Below the pieces are notes generated by a model. That model was not told the DNA's origin, did no database searches, and saw only the letters and a list, made by a program, of their open reading frames with translations. From a bacterium (lineage in GTDB: Bacteria; Zhuqueibacterota; Zhuqueibacteria; Oceanimicrobiales; Oceanimicrobiaceae): a DNA stretch of 50,677 nt. The stretch is from NCBI GenBank assembly GCA_046757025.1, contig JBHHXN010000018.1, forward strand, positions 1 through 50,677, read 5' to 3'. The stretch's first letter is position 1; the number at the start of each line of letters is the position of its first letter. The position numbers and the translations under genes are program-made. This document shows, piece after piece, positions 36,780 through 46,777 of this stretch.

Positions 36780-38153
36780 ATGCATCTCAAAACTCAATAT
36801 GGGAGGGACAAACATCTAAACTTTAAGCGAAAATATAAATCTTACGCTCTTCAAAATTTTACCGACATCCCGCAAATCAAACGCCTCCCTGAACAGCTGC
36901 AGTTCGACATGAAAGTGGTTGCACAGGTTTTGCCCTTTAAAACCAACAATTACGTGGTAGAAAAACTGATCAACTGGCAAGATGTGCCGCATGATCCGAT
37001 GTTCAAGCTCACCTTCCCCCAGCGTGACATGCTGCTGCCAGAACACTTTGAGGAAATCGAACGAGCCATCATCCGCGGCAAAAACAAAGCTGAAATTGAA
37101 GGGATCGCGAACAAAATTCGCCTGCAGCTCAACCCACACCCGGGCGGTCAGTTAGAGCACAACGTCCCAGAATTGAATGGAAAAAAACTCAGCGGTCTGC
37201 AGCACAAATACAGAGAAACCGTTTTGTTTTTTCCCAGTCAGGGGCAAACCTGCCACGCCTACTGCTCGTTTTGTTTTCGTTGGCCGCAGTTCGTGGGGAT
37301 GGACGAATACAAGTTCGCCATGCGTGAAACAGAGCTTCTGGTAGCCTATCTTAAAAAACATCCCGAAGTCACGGATGTGCTGTTTACCGGCGGCGACCCC
37401 ATGATCATGAAACCAAAATTGCTGACTCATTACATGAATGCCCTGCTCGATGCCGATCTGCCACACCTCAAGACCATTCGCATCGGTTCAAAATCGCTGT
37501 CTTTCTGGCCCTATAAATTCATTGAAGGCTCCGAAGGAGATGAAATCATCAGTCTGTTCAAACGCATTGTGGATTCGGGAAAACATTTAGCCTTTATGGC
37601 GCATTTCTCCCACCCTATAGAATTGTCCACGCGCGCTGTGCGAGCCGCCATCAAACGCATTCAGGGGTCCGGCGCCCAGATTCGAACGCAGTCTCCCATT
37701 CTCAGGCACATCAATGACCGCGCCGATGTCTGGGTAAAAATGTGGCGCAAGCAGGTACATCTAGGCTGCATTCCTTATTACATGTTTGTGGTGAGAGACA
37801 CCGGCGCCCAACACTATTTTGGCGTGCCGCTGGTCAGAGCCTGGTGCATCTATCGAAAAGCCATTCAACAGGTGAGCGGACTGGCCCGGACCGTTCGCGG
37901 GCCGAGCATGTCGGCCACACAGGGTAAAATACAGATCGTGGGGGTGAATGAAATCAATGGCGAGAAAGTCCTGGTGCTGAACATGCTGCAAGCGCGCAAG
38001 CCGGAATTAGCCATGCGGCCGTATTTCGTTAAATACAACGAAAACGCGCTCTGGGTGGATGACCTGGAAGCACTGGACGGAAAAAAGTTTCGATTCACCT
38101 CGCCGCGAGTAGATTTCAATCCAGCGCGAATCAATACTTACTCCGCCAATTAA
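36780..38153 (+). CDS. KamA-family radical SAM/PLP 2,3-aminomutase
   Basis: LQHKYRETVLFFP, CHAYCSFCFR (CxxxCxxC), DVLFTGGDP, IRIGSK, HFSHPIEL, QSPILRHIND, IPYYMF, GK (PLP Lys position). Confidence 0.88.
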   Translation: MHLKTQYGRDKHLNFKRKYKSYALQNFTDIPQIKRLPEQLQFDMKVVAQVLPFKTNNYVVEKLINWQDVPHDPMFKLTFPQRDMLLPEHFEEIERAIIRGKNKAEIEGIANKIRLQLNPHPGGQLEHNVPELNGKKLSGLQHKYRETVLFFPSQGQTCHAYCSFCFRWPQFVGMDEYKFAMRETELLVAYLKKHPEVTDVLFTGGDPMIMKPKLLTHYMNALLDADLPHLKTIRIGSKSLSFWPYKFIEGSEGDEIISLFKRIVDSGKHLAFMAHFSHPIELSTRAVRAAIKRIQGSGAQIRTQSPILRHINDRADVWVKMWRKQVHLGCIPYYMFVVRDTGAQHYFGVPLVRAWCIYRKAIQQVSGLARTVRGPSMSATQGKIQIVGVNEINGEKVLVLNMLQARKPELAMRPYFVKYNENALWVDDLEALDGKKFRFTSPRVDFNPARINTYSAN

Positions 38154-38448
38154 GCATTTACACCAATAAATCGGGCAAACAACCCAGGTCTTTTCTGTGG
38201 AGGCGCTTAGCGCCGTACATCGACATTTTGTTGTCGATAGGTTGAAGTGTCCAAAAAGGCCTATCCAAACAATATTGAGTATATCAGATTGCGGGGAAGG
38301 TGAAAGGGTGTGCTTACAAACTATGGGTCGGTAAATTCCGATATCCGCCATCATCCTCAATCGGCAATGGGCATGCTGCAGAAGTGCTTTTCGTTTACCC
38401 CCGACGCTTGTCGTGGTCCTGTTTTCGCAGCAGCGACAGCGAAAAGGT

Positions 38449-41400
38449 TTAGGTTCTCCCCAGCAACTCATCTAAATTCAAGGGCAAAGCAATGGTAAAT
38501 TTCGAACCTTTGCCCACTTCGCTTTCCACAGATATGATACCTTTGTGATCCTGAATAATTTGGTAGCAAATCGATAAACCCAGACCGGTACCGACCCCCA
38601 CGCCTTTGGTGGTAAATCCCGGATCAAATATCTTGCTGATCTTTTCCTGCGGTATTCCCACGCCATCGTCCCTAATTTCGATGAAGACATACTGCTCTTT
38701 CTGGTAGGTGCGGACGACAATTTGGCCACGGTCGGGAATAGCCTGTTTGGCGTTGATGAACAGATTTAAATAGACTTGGTTTAAACGGCCCGGATAGCAG
38801 GAGATGGGTTTAATTTTCCCGTAATCTTTAACCACCTGGATTTTATGCTTAATTTCATGATGAATCAACGTCAACGTGTCCTCCAAACCCTCGTGGATGT
38901 CCACCGTTTTCAGCTCTGCTTCATCGAGACGGGCGAAGCTTCTTAATCTGCGTACGATGTTGGTCACCCGGGCGCTGCCCGATTCAATGACTTTGTTGGC
39001 GTTATCGATGATTTTCAGCGGCATTGCAATGTCGTGATTTTCGTAAATTTCCTGGGAAAATTGTTCTTTGAGGACGGTTTTCAGTTTAGCCACCGCCCGC
39101 TTCAAGGTATCGTGCATGCTGTGCACGGCACCAATGGGGGTGTTGATTTCATGGGCAATACCCGCCACCAGCATACCCAGGGACGCCATTTTTTCCGATT
39201 GCACCAACTGGCTCTGGGTTTCCCGTAAGTGGCGGTTAGCTTCCTCCAGCGCATCTAAAAACTTTTTTCTTTCCGTGACATCGTGCGCAATGCCGATAAA
39301 ATTTAGCACCCGGCCTTCGCTATCCATCAAAGGCGAGGCGCTGGAAATGTGCCAGCGCCAGCTGCCATCTTTGTGCCGCACGCGATATTCGATGCCGCTC
39401 TGTTTCTTGCCGCTCTCGATGACCGAGTGCAGAAAATTCTGGCAGGCTTCTAAATCATCCGGGTGGACAAACGGCTCAAATGACTTGCCCAGAACTTCTT
39501 GAACTTCGTGTCCGAGAATATCGGTCCAGTTTGGGGATACGTAGGAAAACTTTCCATCCGGCGTTAAAGAATAAATGATGTCGTTGGCATTTTCCACCAG
39601 ATTACGAAATCGCTCTTCGCTTTCACAGAGCGCTTCTTCGGCCTCTTTGTGCTCGATGTAGCGTCCGATCATTTCCGCGGCTGTTTGCAACAGACGAATA
39701 TCCTCTGTGCTCCAATCGCGCGGTCGACTCACCACATCAAAACCGATGAATCCGTACCATTTATTGCCCACGGTGATGGGCAGAATCAGAATAGACAGCG
39801 TGCCCTGCGGCGCCAGCAAAAGCCGCTCACTTTCTGGAAAGTTCGCCACATCGCCTTTCAAGGGCTTGCCGTCGGACAAAATATTTTGCCAGCGCTTGAA
39901 ACCGTTTTCATACGGCAAGTGTTGTAAAATCGGGCGGTCAATTTGCGGCTCGATGCCGGACGCACAGGCTTCATGGGTTCGCCGCATGCACAACCCGTCT
40001 GCATCGTCTTTAAAGTTTTCATAAATATACACTCGTCCCACCTCCACCGCGGTGAGCAGATGATTGATGGCCGAATTTAAAGCATCCTGCTCATCTCGGC
40101 CTTCCAGCAAAGTGCGCGAACAGCGGGCAAGCCCTTCCTCGTAACGCATGCGGGTAGCTAATTTTTCTTCCGCTTGTTTCCGCTCCGTGATGTCTCGTGC
40201 GAATCCCACGTGGCAATGCACCTGTTTTCCCTCATCATAAATGGAAAACGAAGACAGCTCCACATTGATGGGCGGGCCGGTTTTGGGCTGGGTGACGATC
40301 TCCCCGCGAAAACTGCCTTTCTCAGTTAGGGAGGCGCCAATCTTTTGAAACACTTCTTCGCCTGTCACCAGCGACGGGGTTTTACCCAACAGTTCTTCAT
40401 CAGAATAATTGTTCAGCTTACGGTGCGCCGAATTCTGCTCGATGTACCGGCCCTCGGGATCATAGATAGCAATGGCATCCTTTGAGTTGATGAATATTTC
40501 CCGATACAGTCGCAATTTTTCTTCAGCCTGCTTGCGTTGGGTAATATCGATGCCGGTACCGATGACGTATTCGACTTCGCTGTGACTGTCGAGCACGGCG
40601 GTGTTGGACCAGGCAATCAACCGCGGCTGCCCATCTTTGGTCATCCAGTAATTTTCATTGTAGCTGGGGAAATCCCCTGCCAGCAGCTCATTGAAAATGG
40701 TACGCACGCGCACAATTTCCGAAGGAATGAGAAACAGATCCCAGAAAAATTTATTTTTAACTTCCTCAAATTTATAACCGGTGGTTTCTTCGCAAGCCCG
40801 GTTAAAGCGCACCACGCGACCCTGTAAGTCCAGCACCACCACCAGGGCGCCGGCCGTATCCAGCACCGTCGACACAAAATTACGCTCTTTTTTCAAAGCC
40901 TCTTCGGCCAATTTGCGCTCGTCGATATCGTAAAGCGCACCGATCAGAACGGATTCCCCACCGACTTCCGCGGTTTCTATGGATAACAGCATCCACAAAA
41001 CTTTGCCGTTAGCCGCCTTTATGCGCACTTCGTGGTCATGTACGAATCCGTCTTGCTTTATTTTTTGTATAATGAGCTTGCGATCTTTGGCTTGGTAATA
41101 AAAATCCGGCGTTTTGCTGCCGATCAATTTATTTTTTGCCAGGCCCAGCAATTCCGCCATGGGTGCGTTTGCGTAAAAAACTTTGCCGTCTTTTTTTCGG
41201 CTGACCAGAAACGGCACCGGCGAAGCGTCCACAATGGAGCGCAATTGTTCATCGGCGCGTTTCATCTCAGTGTTGTCGGTAAACGTCCACACCCGACCCA
41301 ATTCACGATTGTTTTTATCCAGCACCGGCACCGAAAACAGCGACACAAATCGAGCCTGGGGTTTAACCAGGTTCAGGGAGCGCTCATAAATTTTATCCAG

Positions 41401-43182
41401 CTCGATGCCGCGGTCGTAAATGGGGTCTGGTTTTCTCAGCAAGGTTTTGATGAGCGTATCAAACTTTGAGCCGTGCTCAAAACAGCCGCGGATTTGTTCC
41501 GCAAAACTCTTGAACGGCTGTTTGAGAATTTTCTCCACCGAAATGCCGAAAAATTCCTGACAGCGGCGGTTGGTGGCAATGATGTTGTTCTGCAGATCCA
41601 CCATGACGATGGCGCTAATGGAAGAATCCAGAATCGCTTCCAGGCGGTTTTTGCTTTCCGAAAGCTTTTTCAGCAGCTCCTCCATTCGGGCGTTCTTTTC
41701 TTCCAGCTCCTCCTGAATTGCCAGCATCTGCACATTGGCTTTGCCCAGGGAAAAGGTTTTATTTTCCAGCTCTTTGGCTTTCTCGCGCAATTGCCGGTTG
41801 GCCTCCCGCAGGGAGCGGGTTTTTTCTAAAACTTTTTTCTCAAGCGATTGATAAACTCGAATGTTTTCCAGGGCCAGCCCCACCATATTCGCGAACATCT
41901 CAAAACGCACCACATCCTGCGGATCCATTTCACGTTCATGATGCTGCATGTTGCCGGCGATCACGCCAATGGGTTGTTTATTGACTTTTATGGGAGAAAC
42001 CACGATGGCGCGGGTCTTGATGAGCTGTCTTGATTCCTTTGGCCAGCGCGAGTCTCTATTGACATCCGGCACATAAATGGTTTTATTCTGCTCGAAGCTC
42101 TCTTTCAACAAAAAAGGCAAAATAATTTTACCGGAGCGCATTTTTTTGGTAAATCGTTCCACCCGCTCCTGCGAATCCTTCTCCAAACAAAATGAGCGCA
42201 ACTGCAATTTACCGTTTTCAGCAGTAAACACCGAAGCGCGATCAAAATCCAGGCTGTGGGTCAACCATTCGGGCACCTCTTCGAACAACACGTCTTCATC
42301 ATAAATCTGGCTGAATCGGTTGGAGACCGCGTTCAGCGCCGCCAGCTGCCGGGTGGTGTACTCTAATTTAGCCGTCCGCTCTTCAATGAGCTTTTCCAGC
42401 TCTTCCGAGTAATTTTGCAGGTCTTGTTTAAGCTCCTTGCGCTTGCTGATATCCCGGGCAATGCCATCCTGTCGGATCACCTTTCCTTTCTCAAAAATCA
42501 ATTTCCGGTTCACTTCAAAATCGCGAATTTCACCAGTGCGGGTGACCATGCGAAATTCCAGCGTTTTCACCGCCTCATCCTGATTTCTCATGGCCGTTTC
42601 AAAACCGTTTTTTACCTGCTGACAGTCTTCGGAGTAGATATAATCAAAAACCGAGGTCCCCAAAATCTCGGACGGTTTGTAACCCAGCAACGGTTCCACA
42701 GCCGGATTGATGCTGATAAATTCACCCACCGAATTCAGCGAGTAAACGATATCCGGTACACTTTCCATGAGCATTTGCAGGCTGGCTTGAGACTGGCGCA
42801 GCTCCTTTTGCAGTTTGGCCTGCTCAATGGCATGATGCACGGTGGATTCGATGCGGTTGATCTCCAGCGGCTTCACCAAAAAATCGAACGCCCCCTGTTT
42901 TAGTGAACGGATGGCTTGATCCAGAGTAGCGTGCGCTGTGAGCAAAATCACTGGCAGCGCGGCATCCAATTGTTTAATCTGTTCGAGAACCGTCATGCCA
43001 CTCATTTGCGGCATATTCAGATCGCACAGAACCACATCCGCCCCGCGGTCCTTTAAATGCTGCAACCCCTCCGCTCCCGAAGCCGCAGCCACGACTTGAA
43101 ATTTTTTTAAAATCAAAAGCCGTTTAAATTCGTTTCGTTGTCCGGGATCGTCTTCAATATATAAGACTTTTATTTTATTCAT
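38449..43182 (-). CDS. Cytoplasmic multi-sensor histidine kinase (REC-PAS-GAF-4xPAS-GAF-PAS-HisKA-HATPase)
   Basis: VLYIEDD...CDLNMP...LTAH...KP receiver; six PAS/PAC units ending in DIS/DNT/DID/DIT/DIT/DVT; AHEINTP; QVYLNLFINA, DDGVGI, FTTKGVGVGTGLGL. Confidence 0.93.
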   Translation of the reverse strand: MNKIKVLYIEDDPGQRNEFKRLLILKKFQVVAAASGAEGLQHLKDRGADVVLCDLNMPQMSGMTVLEQIKQLDAALPVILLTAHATLDQAIRSLKQGAFDFLVKPLEINRIESTVHHAIEQAKLQKELRQSQASLQMLMESVPDIVYSLNSVGEFISINPAVEPLLGYKPSEILGTSVFDYIYSEDCQQVKNGFETAMRNQDEAVKTLEFRMVTRTGEIRDFEVNRKLIFEKGKVIRQDGIARDISKRKELKQDLQNYSEELEKLIEERTAKLEYTTRQLAALNAVSNRFSQIYDEDVLFEEVPEWLTHSLDFDRASVFTAENGKLQLRSFCLEKDSQERVERFTKKMRSGKIILPFLLKESFEQNKTIYVPDVNRDSRWPKESRQLIKTRAIVVSPIKVNKQPIGVIAGNMQHHEREMDPQDVVRFEMFANMVGLALENIRVYQSLEKKVLEKTRSLREANRQLREKAKELENKTFSLGKANVQMLAIQEELEEKNARMEELLKKLSESKNRLEAILDSSISAIVMVDLQNNIIATNRRCQEFFGISVEKILKQPFKSFAEQIRGCFEHGSKFDTLIKTLLRKPDPIYDRGIELDKIYERSLNLVKPQARFVSLFSVPVLDKNNRELGRVWTFTDNTEMKRADEQLRSIVDASPVPFLVSRKKDGKVFYANAPMAELLGLAKNKLIGSKTPDFYYQAKDRKLIIQKIKQDGFVHDHEVRIKAANGKVLWMLLSIETAEVGGESVLIGALYDIDERKLAEEALKKERNFVSTVLDTAGALVVVLDLQGRVVRFNRACEETTGYKFEEVKNKFFWDLFLIPSEIVRVRTIFNELLAGDFPSYNENYWMTKDGQPRLIAWSNTAVLDSHSEVEYVIGTGIDITQRKQAEEKLRLYREIFINSKDAIAIYDPEGRYIEQNSAHRKLNNYSDEELLGKTPSLVTGEEVFQKIGASLTEKGSFRGEIVTQPKTGPPINVELSSFSIYDEGKQVHCHVGFARDITERKQAEEKLATRMRYEEGLARCSRTLLEGRDEQDALNSAINHLLTAVEVGRVYIYENFKDDADGLCMRRTHEACASGIEPQIDRPILQHLPYENGFKRWQNILSDGKPLKGDVANFPESERLLLAPQGTLSILILPITVGNKWYGFIGFDVVSRPRDWSTEDIRLLQTAAEMIGRYIEHKEAEEALCESEERFRNLVENANDIIYSLTPDGKFSYVSPNWTDILGHEVQEVLGKSFEPFVHPDDLEACQNFLHSVIESGKKQSGIEYRVRHKDGSWRWHISSASPLMDSEGRVLNFIGIAHDVTERKKFLDALEEANRHLRETQSQLVQSEKMASLGMLVAGIAHEINTPIGAVHSMHDTLKRAVAKLKTVLKEQFSQEIYENHDIAMPLKIIDNANKVIESGSARVTNIVRRLRSFARLDEAELKTVDIHEGLEDTLTLIHHEIKHKIQVVKDYGKIKPISCYPGRLNQVYLNLFINAKQAIPDRGQIVVRTYQKEQYVFIEIRDDGVGIPQEKISKIFDPGFTTKGVGVGTGLGLSICYQIIQDHKGIISVESEVGKGSKFTIALPLNLDELLGRT

Positions 43183-43376
43183 AGCTCAATAAATTTATGA
43201 ATGGAACGTCGATGAATATTTGTTAAATATAAATGTTTTTGAAACTTAAAATCAATGAAAAGGTTTATATTCTTTAATTGAGAGGGAGTAATGGTTTCAC
43301 CATTCTGCTGATTTTCAATTCCTTATTTCGCATCAATCAAAGATAAAATCCATATTTAATTCACAAGGGGTTACTC

Positions 43377-44756
43377 ATGAACAGTATTTTAAAACTTGTG
43401 CTTACCACCGCCCTTATCAATTTGCTTCATTTGAACACACTCAATGCTCAGAGTCAACATTCGCTGACGTTGCTGGCTCATGTGCCTTTTCCGGGAAAAG
43501 ACATCGCTGACGTTTGGGGATATGTGGATACGAACACCGGTAGAGAGTACGCTTTAGTAGGGCATGGTATTTTCGCCGACCCTCCATTCGCAGGTCTGAT
43601 CATCGTGGACGTCACCGTTCCGCAAAATCCCACGGTGGTGGCGGTGTTTGATTCCGTGCCCGGTTTCGACGTGAAAGCGTTTCAACACTTTGCCTACACG
43701 GTGAACGGTCTTGATAACGGGGAAGGAAAAGTGGTGGATATTGCCAATCCGGCTGAGCCCAAAATTGTTGGCTCCTTTCCCTCTGCTCACAACATCTTCA
43801 TTGCGAAAAACGGTTACATGTATCTCGAAGACCCCGGCCTGAAAATTCTGGATTTGAACGCCGACCCTACGAATCCGGCCCTCGTCTGGGACAGCGGAGA
43901 TTTTAGGGGACACGATGCCGCGGTTATCGGTGATCGCCTGTTCGACTTTCACGGGTTTTCGGGCACGAATATTTACGACGTGTCAAATCCCGCCGACCCG
44001 CAACTGCTGGGCTCGATTACCGACAAAGACATTGCCTTTCATCACAGCGGTTGGGTTACCGAGGACGGGCAGTTTCTGTTCATTTGCGATGAATTGGCCG
44101 ACCAGAGCAATCGCCCTGCCGATATCACCATCTGGGATATCAGCGCTCCCGCCGCCCCTCAGAAAGTAAACCAGATCGCCGATCCCAATGCCACGGTACA
44201 CAATCTTTACATCGTCAACAACTTTGCCGTTGCCTCCTATTACTCAGCGGGCCTCCGCATTTTTGATGTGTCGCAGCCCGCCAGTTCCCCCATACCTATT
44301 GAGGCTGAATTTGACACCGCGCCTCAGCTTTCAGGCCCACGGTTTGGTGGTGCGTTTGGGGCTTATCCCTTCGCGCCTTCTGGCAACATCTACGTCAGCG
44401 ATGAAGGTGAAGGATTGTTTGTATTTTCATTTGCAGGACTCACCACGTCGGTTCCAGAGGAAGGAACCCGCAATCCGGATTCGTTTCTGCTGTTCGACAA
44501 TTATCCGAATCCGTTTAACCCAGCTACCACCATCGCCTACCAATTGCCGGTTAGCACACATGTGCGATTGGTAATTTACAACCTTCTGGGTCAGACAGTG
44601 CGGACGCTGGCAGATGGTTTTGAGGAACCTGGCACGAAAAAAGTGGTGTGGGATGGCCGCGATGACGCACAAGACGTCATGCCTGCGGGCGTCTATTTTT
44701 ACCGAATCACCACCAGCGCCTTTCAAAAAACCAAGCGGTTAGTTTTATTAAAATGA
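43377..44756 (+). CDS. Secreted choice-of-anchor B / LVIVD-repeat protein with FlgD-Ig (T9SS-A-like) C-terminal domain
   Basis: DVWGY...REYALVG, LIIVDVT.P.NP repeats, HHSGW...CDE, VHN, NYPNPFNPATTI...WDGRD...GVYFYRI. Confidence 0.85.
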   Translation: MNSILKLVLTTALINLLHLNTLNAQSQHSLTLLAHVPFPGKDIADVWGYVDTNTGREYALVGHGIFADPPFAGLIIVDVTVPQNPTVVAVFDSVPGFDVKAFQHFAYTVNGLDNGEGKVVDIANPAEPKIVGSFPSAHNIFIAKNGYMYLEDPGLKILDLNADPTNPALVWDSGDFRGHDAAVIGDRLFDFHGFSGTNIYDVSNPADPQLLGSITDKDIAFHHSGWVTEDGQFLFICDELADQSNRPADITIWDISAPAAPQKVNQIADPNATVHNLYIVNNFAVASYYSAGLRIFDVSQPASSPIPIEAEFDTAPQLSGPRFGGAFGAYPFAPSGNIYVSDEGEGLFVFSFAGLTTSVPEEGTRNPDSFLLFDNYPNPFNPATTIAYQLPVSTHVRLVIYNLLGQTVRTLADGFEEPGTKKVVWDGRDDAQDVMPAGVYFYRITTSAFQKTKRLVLLK

Positions 44757-44759
44757 TTA

Positions 44760-44788
44760 TTGCAAAAAACCGCGATAATCGCTATATT
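44760..44788 (+). promoter_or_regulatory. Sigma70-type promoter
   Basis: TTGCAA-17 nt-TATATT upstream of 44825. Confidence 0.5.
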
Positions 44789-44824
44789 GAACCACTTTTC
44801 CATTAGGTAGAAAGAGAAAACGGT

Positions 44825-45187
44825 ATGGCTGCGATGGATAACCAATCTCCCGTATGGCGATATATTTTCAGCATCCTGGCGATATATTTATTCGCGATAG
44901 CCAGCTTCAATTACTATCGCTATATCCGCTCGACCACCGATGAAAACATTTTTTCATCCACCCACTCAAATGTGAGCATCACCAGGAGCTTTCCCGTAAC
45001 AGCCACCGACTCCATTCTAACCGGCGATCTTCTTCTGGGCATCGGCCTACTGAAAATTACAGCGAACTTATTCGGTTTTGAGGGCCGCATTGCCCAACAG
45101 CTTTATGCGGGAGCGGAAGTGAAAAAGTTTACCGACAGCGCCTTGCAGCACGATGATCTCACCGTGGTGGTGAGTAAAATTCAATAG
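44825..45187 (+). CDS. Short membrane-anchored hypothetical protein, possibly a truncated gene
   Basis: One N-terminal TM helix, then TDENIF and a GDLLLGI PDZ-like fragment; ends after 120 aa. Confidence 0.45.
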   Translation: MAAMDNQSPVWRYIFSILAIYLFAIASFNYYRYIRSTTDENIFSSTHSNVSITRSFPVTATDSILTGDLLLGIGLLKITANLFGFEGRIAQQLYAGAEVKKFTDSALQHDDLTVVVSKIQ

Positions 45188-45292
45188 CGACAAATTCCAA
45201 AAGATGTGGAAATGTTAACCGAAAATATTTTCAACTGTGCCCAAACTTAATGATTCAGTTTGCGTAATTTACAAATTAATCCAAATCAGATT

Positions 45293-46465
45293 ATGATGAG
45301 ATTTATTGGTTCTATCCTTTTTATCGCTTTATCAGGAATTCTCTCCGGCTTGCAGAACCCGTTAATGGCCCAGGCCAAAGAAACCATCACCATCACAGGA
45401 CGGGTGTTAAACGAGATCGACAACCGCCCGCTGGTAAACGTCAACGTCTTCATCGCCAACACCATGCTCGGATCGGCCACGGATGATGACGGGCGATTTA
45501 CCATTAAACGCGTGCCGTTGGGCACCCATGAGTTGGTTTTTTCCATGGTGGGATTTGAAGTAAAAAAAAGCACTCTCCGGATTACCAGCACGGAAGATAA
45601 AACGGTTGACATAAAACTGCTGCCGCAAATTTTGAAAATTCCGGAAGTGGAAGTGATTACCACTTCCAATAATGAGTGGCAAAAACATCTTAAGAAGTTT
45701 AAAAAGTACTTTCTCGGCACCTCAAAAAATGCTGAAAAATGTAAGCTCATCAATGCAGAGGTGCTGGATTTCAGCACCGACTCTGCTGCCGAAAAATTTA
45801 CGGCTAAAGCGAATGACATTCTGCTCATTGAAAATCGTTCCCTGGGATACCGTCTGTTTTATCTTTTAGAATCGTTCACGGTCAAAAAAGACATGGTTGC
45901 ATATTTTGGCAAAATCCGCTTCAATGAGTTAACTCCCAACAATCAAAAAGAACAAAAAAGATGGCAGAAAAATCGACTGAAAACCTATCATGGCTCCTTG
46001 CGGCACTTTCTTGCCACCATCTCTTCAAAACAAGTCACCCGGAGCGGTTATCTAAGAGATAATGGTTTTCTGGTTTATGGCATGGCTGAATTTCCCACGG
46101 ATTTCAGTAAGCCCGATCTGCAGGAGGTTGATATCGTGCGACTGACCTCGCCGGGCGAGCTGCCGTTCGAAAGAAAACTGCATTTTTTGAATATCCTGCA
46201 GGTTGTCTATACCAAAGAGATGGAAGAACGCGAATATGTTTACTGGAGAATGAATTACGACAAATCTGCTATCCGCATGAACACGCAAAAGCGCATCGAA
46301 GCCATTCGACCGCAAGCGCAAAGCTCCTGGCTGGTGATGAATATGGTGCCGGCCATCATCGATGTTTCGGGGTACCTCTACAATCCGCTGGCGGTGACGG
46401 TTTACGGCTACTGGGCCTGGGAGAACGTAGCGGATTTGCTGCCGGTGGAATACACACCTGAATGA
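45293..46465 (+). CDS. Carboxypeptidase-regulatory-like domain protein (exported)
   Basis: Signal peptide, ITGRV...PLVNVNVFI...TDDDGRF.I...SMVGF; FKKYFLG..N..KCKLIN, NRSLGY, YHGSLRHF, GYWAWE.VADLLP.EY.P. Confidence 0.82.
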   Translation: MMRFIGSILFIALSGILSGLQNPLMAQAKETITITGRVLNEIDNRPLVNVNVFIANTMLGSATDDDGRFTIKRVPLGTHELVFSMVGFEVKKSTLRITSTEDKTVDIKLLPQILKIPEVEVITTSNNEWQKHLKKFKKYFLGTSKNAEKCKLINAEVLDFSTDSAAEKFTAKANDILLIENRSLGYRLFYLLESFTVKKDMVAYFGKIRFNELTPNNQKEQKRWQKNRLKTYHGSLRHFLATISSKQVTRSGYLRDNGFLVYGMAEFPTDFSKPDLQEVDIVRLTSPGELPFERKLHFLNILQVVYTKEMEEREYVYWRMNYDKSAIRMNTQKRIEAIRPQAQSSWLVMNMVPAIIDVSGYLYNPLAVTVYGYWAWENVADLLPVEYTPE

Positions 46466-46777
46466 ACAAACTAAATTTTTCATGATCCGAAACCACTCGG
46501 GGCAGGGTGGAAGCAATACGTTCGTAGTCAAAAAACAAGCTAATGATGTAGAGTTTTTGCCGAACGCAAAAAGGATTCTTGCGGTCGAAGTTCCCGAGTG
46601 TCGGGGAATGATAAGCCGGAAAAGGCTGTACCTGCAGAAAGATTGGAAAAGCTATTCCATGTTAAGCTCAATATAACTTTCAAATTTAAATGTTCTCAGG
46701 AATAATCAAAGTAATGAATGATATTTATTAGCAAACCCTCTTTATCAAACACTCAGTTTGGATAACTATTTTGGAAA

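Noticed and set aside
38160..38445. Possible decayed coding sequence between the aminomutase and kinase genes
   Set aside because: Short or stop-interrupted frames with no recognisable motif; cannot be supported without a search
46494..46600. CACTCGGG...CCCGAGTG inverted repeat with partial inner pairing
   Set aside because: Short arms and weak interior; not enough to call an element or RNA
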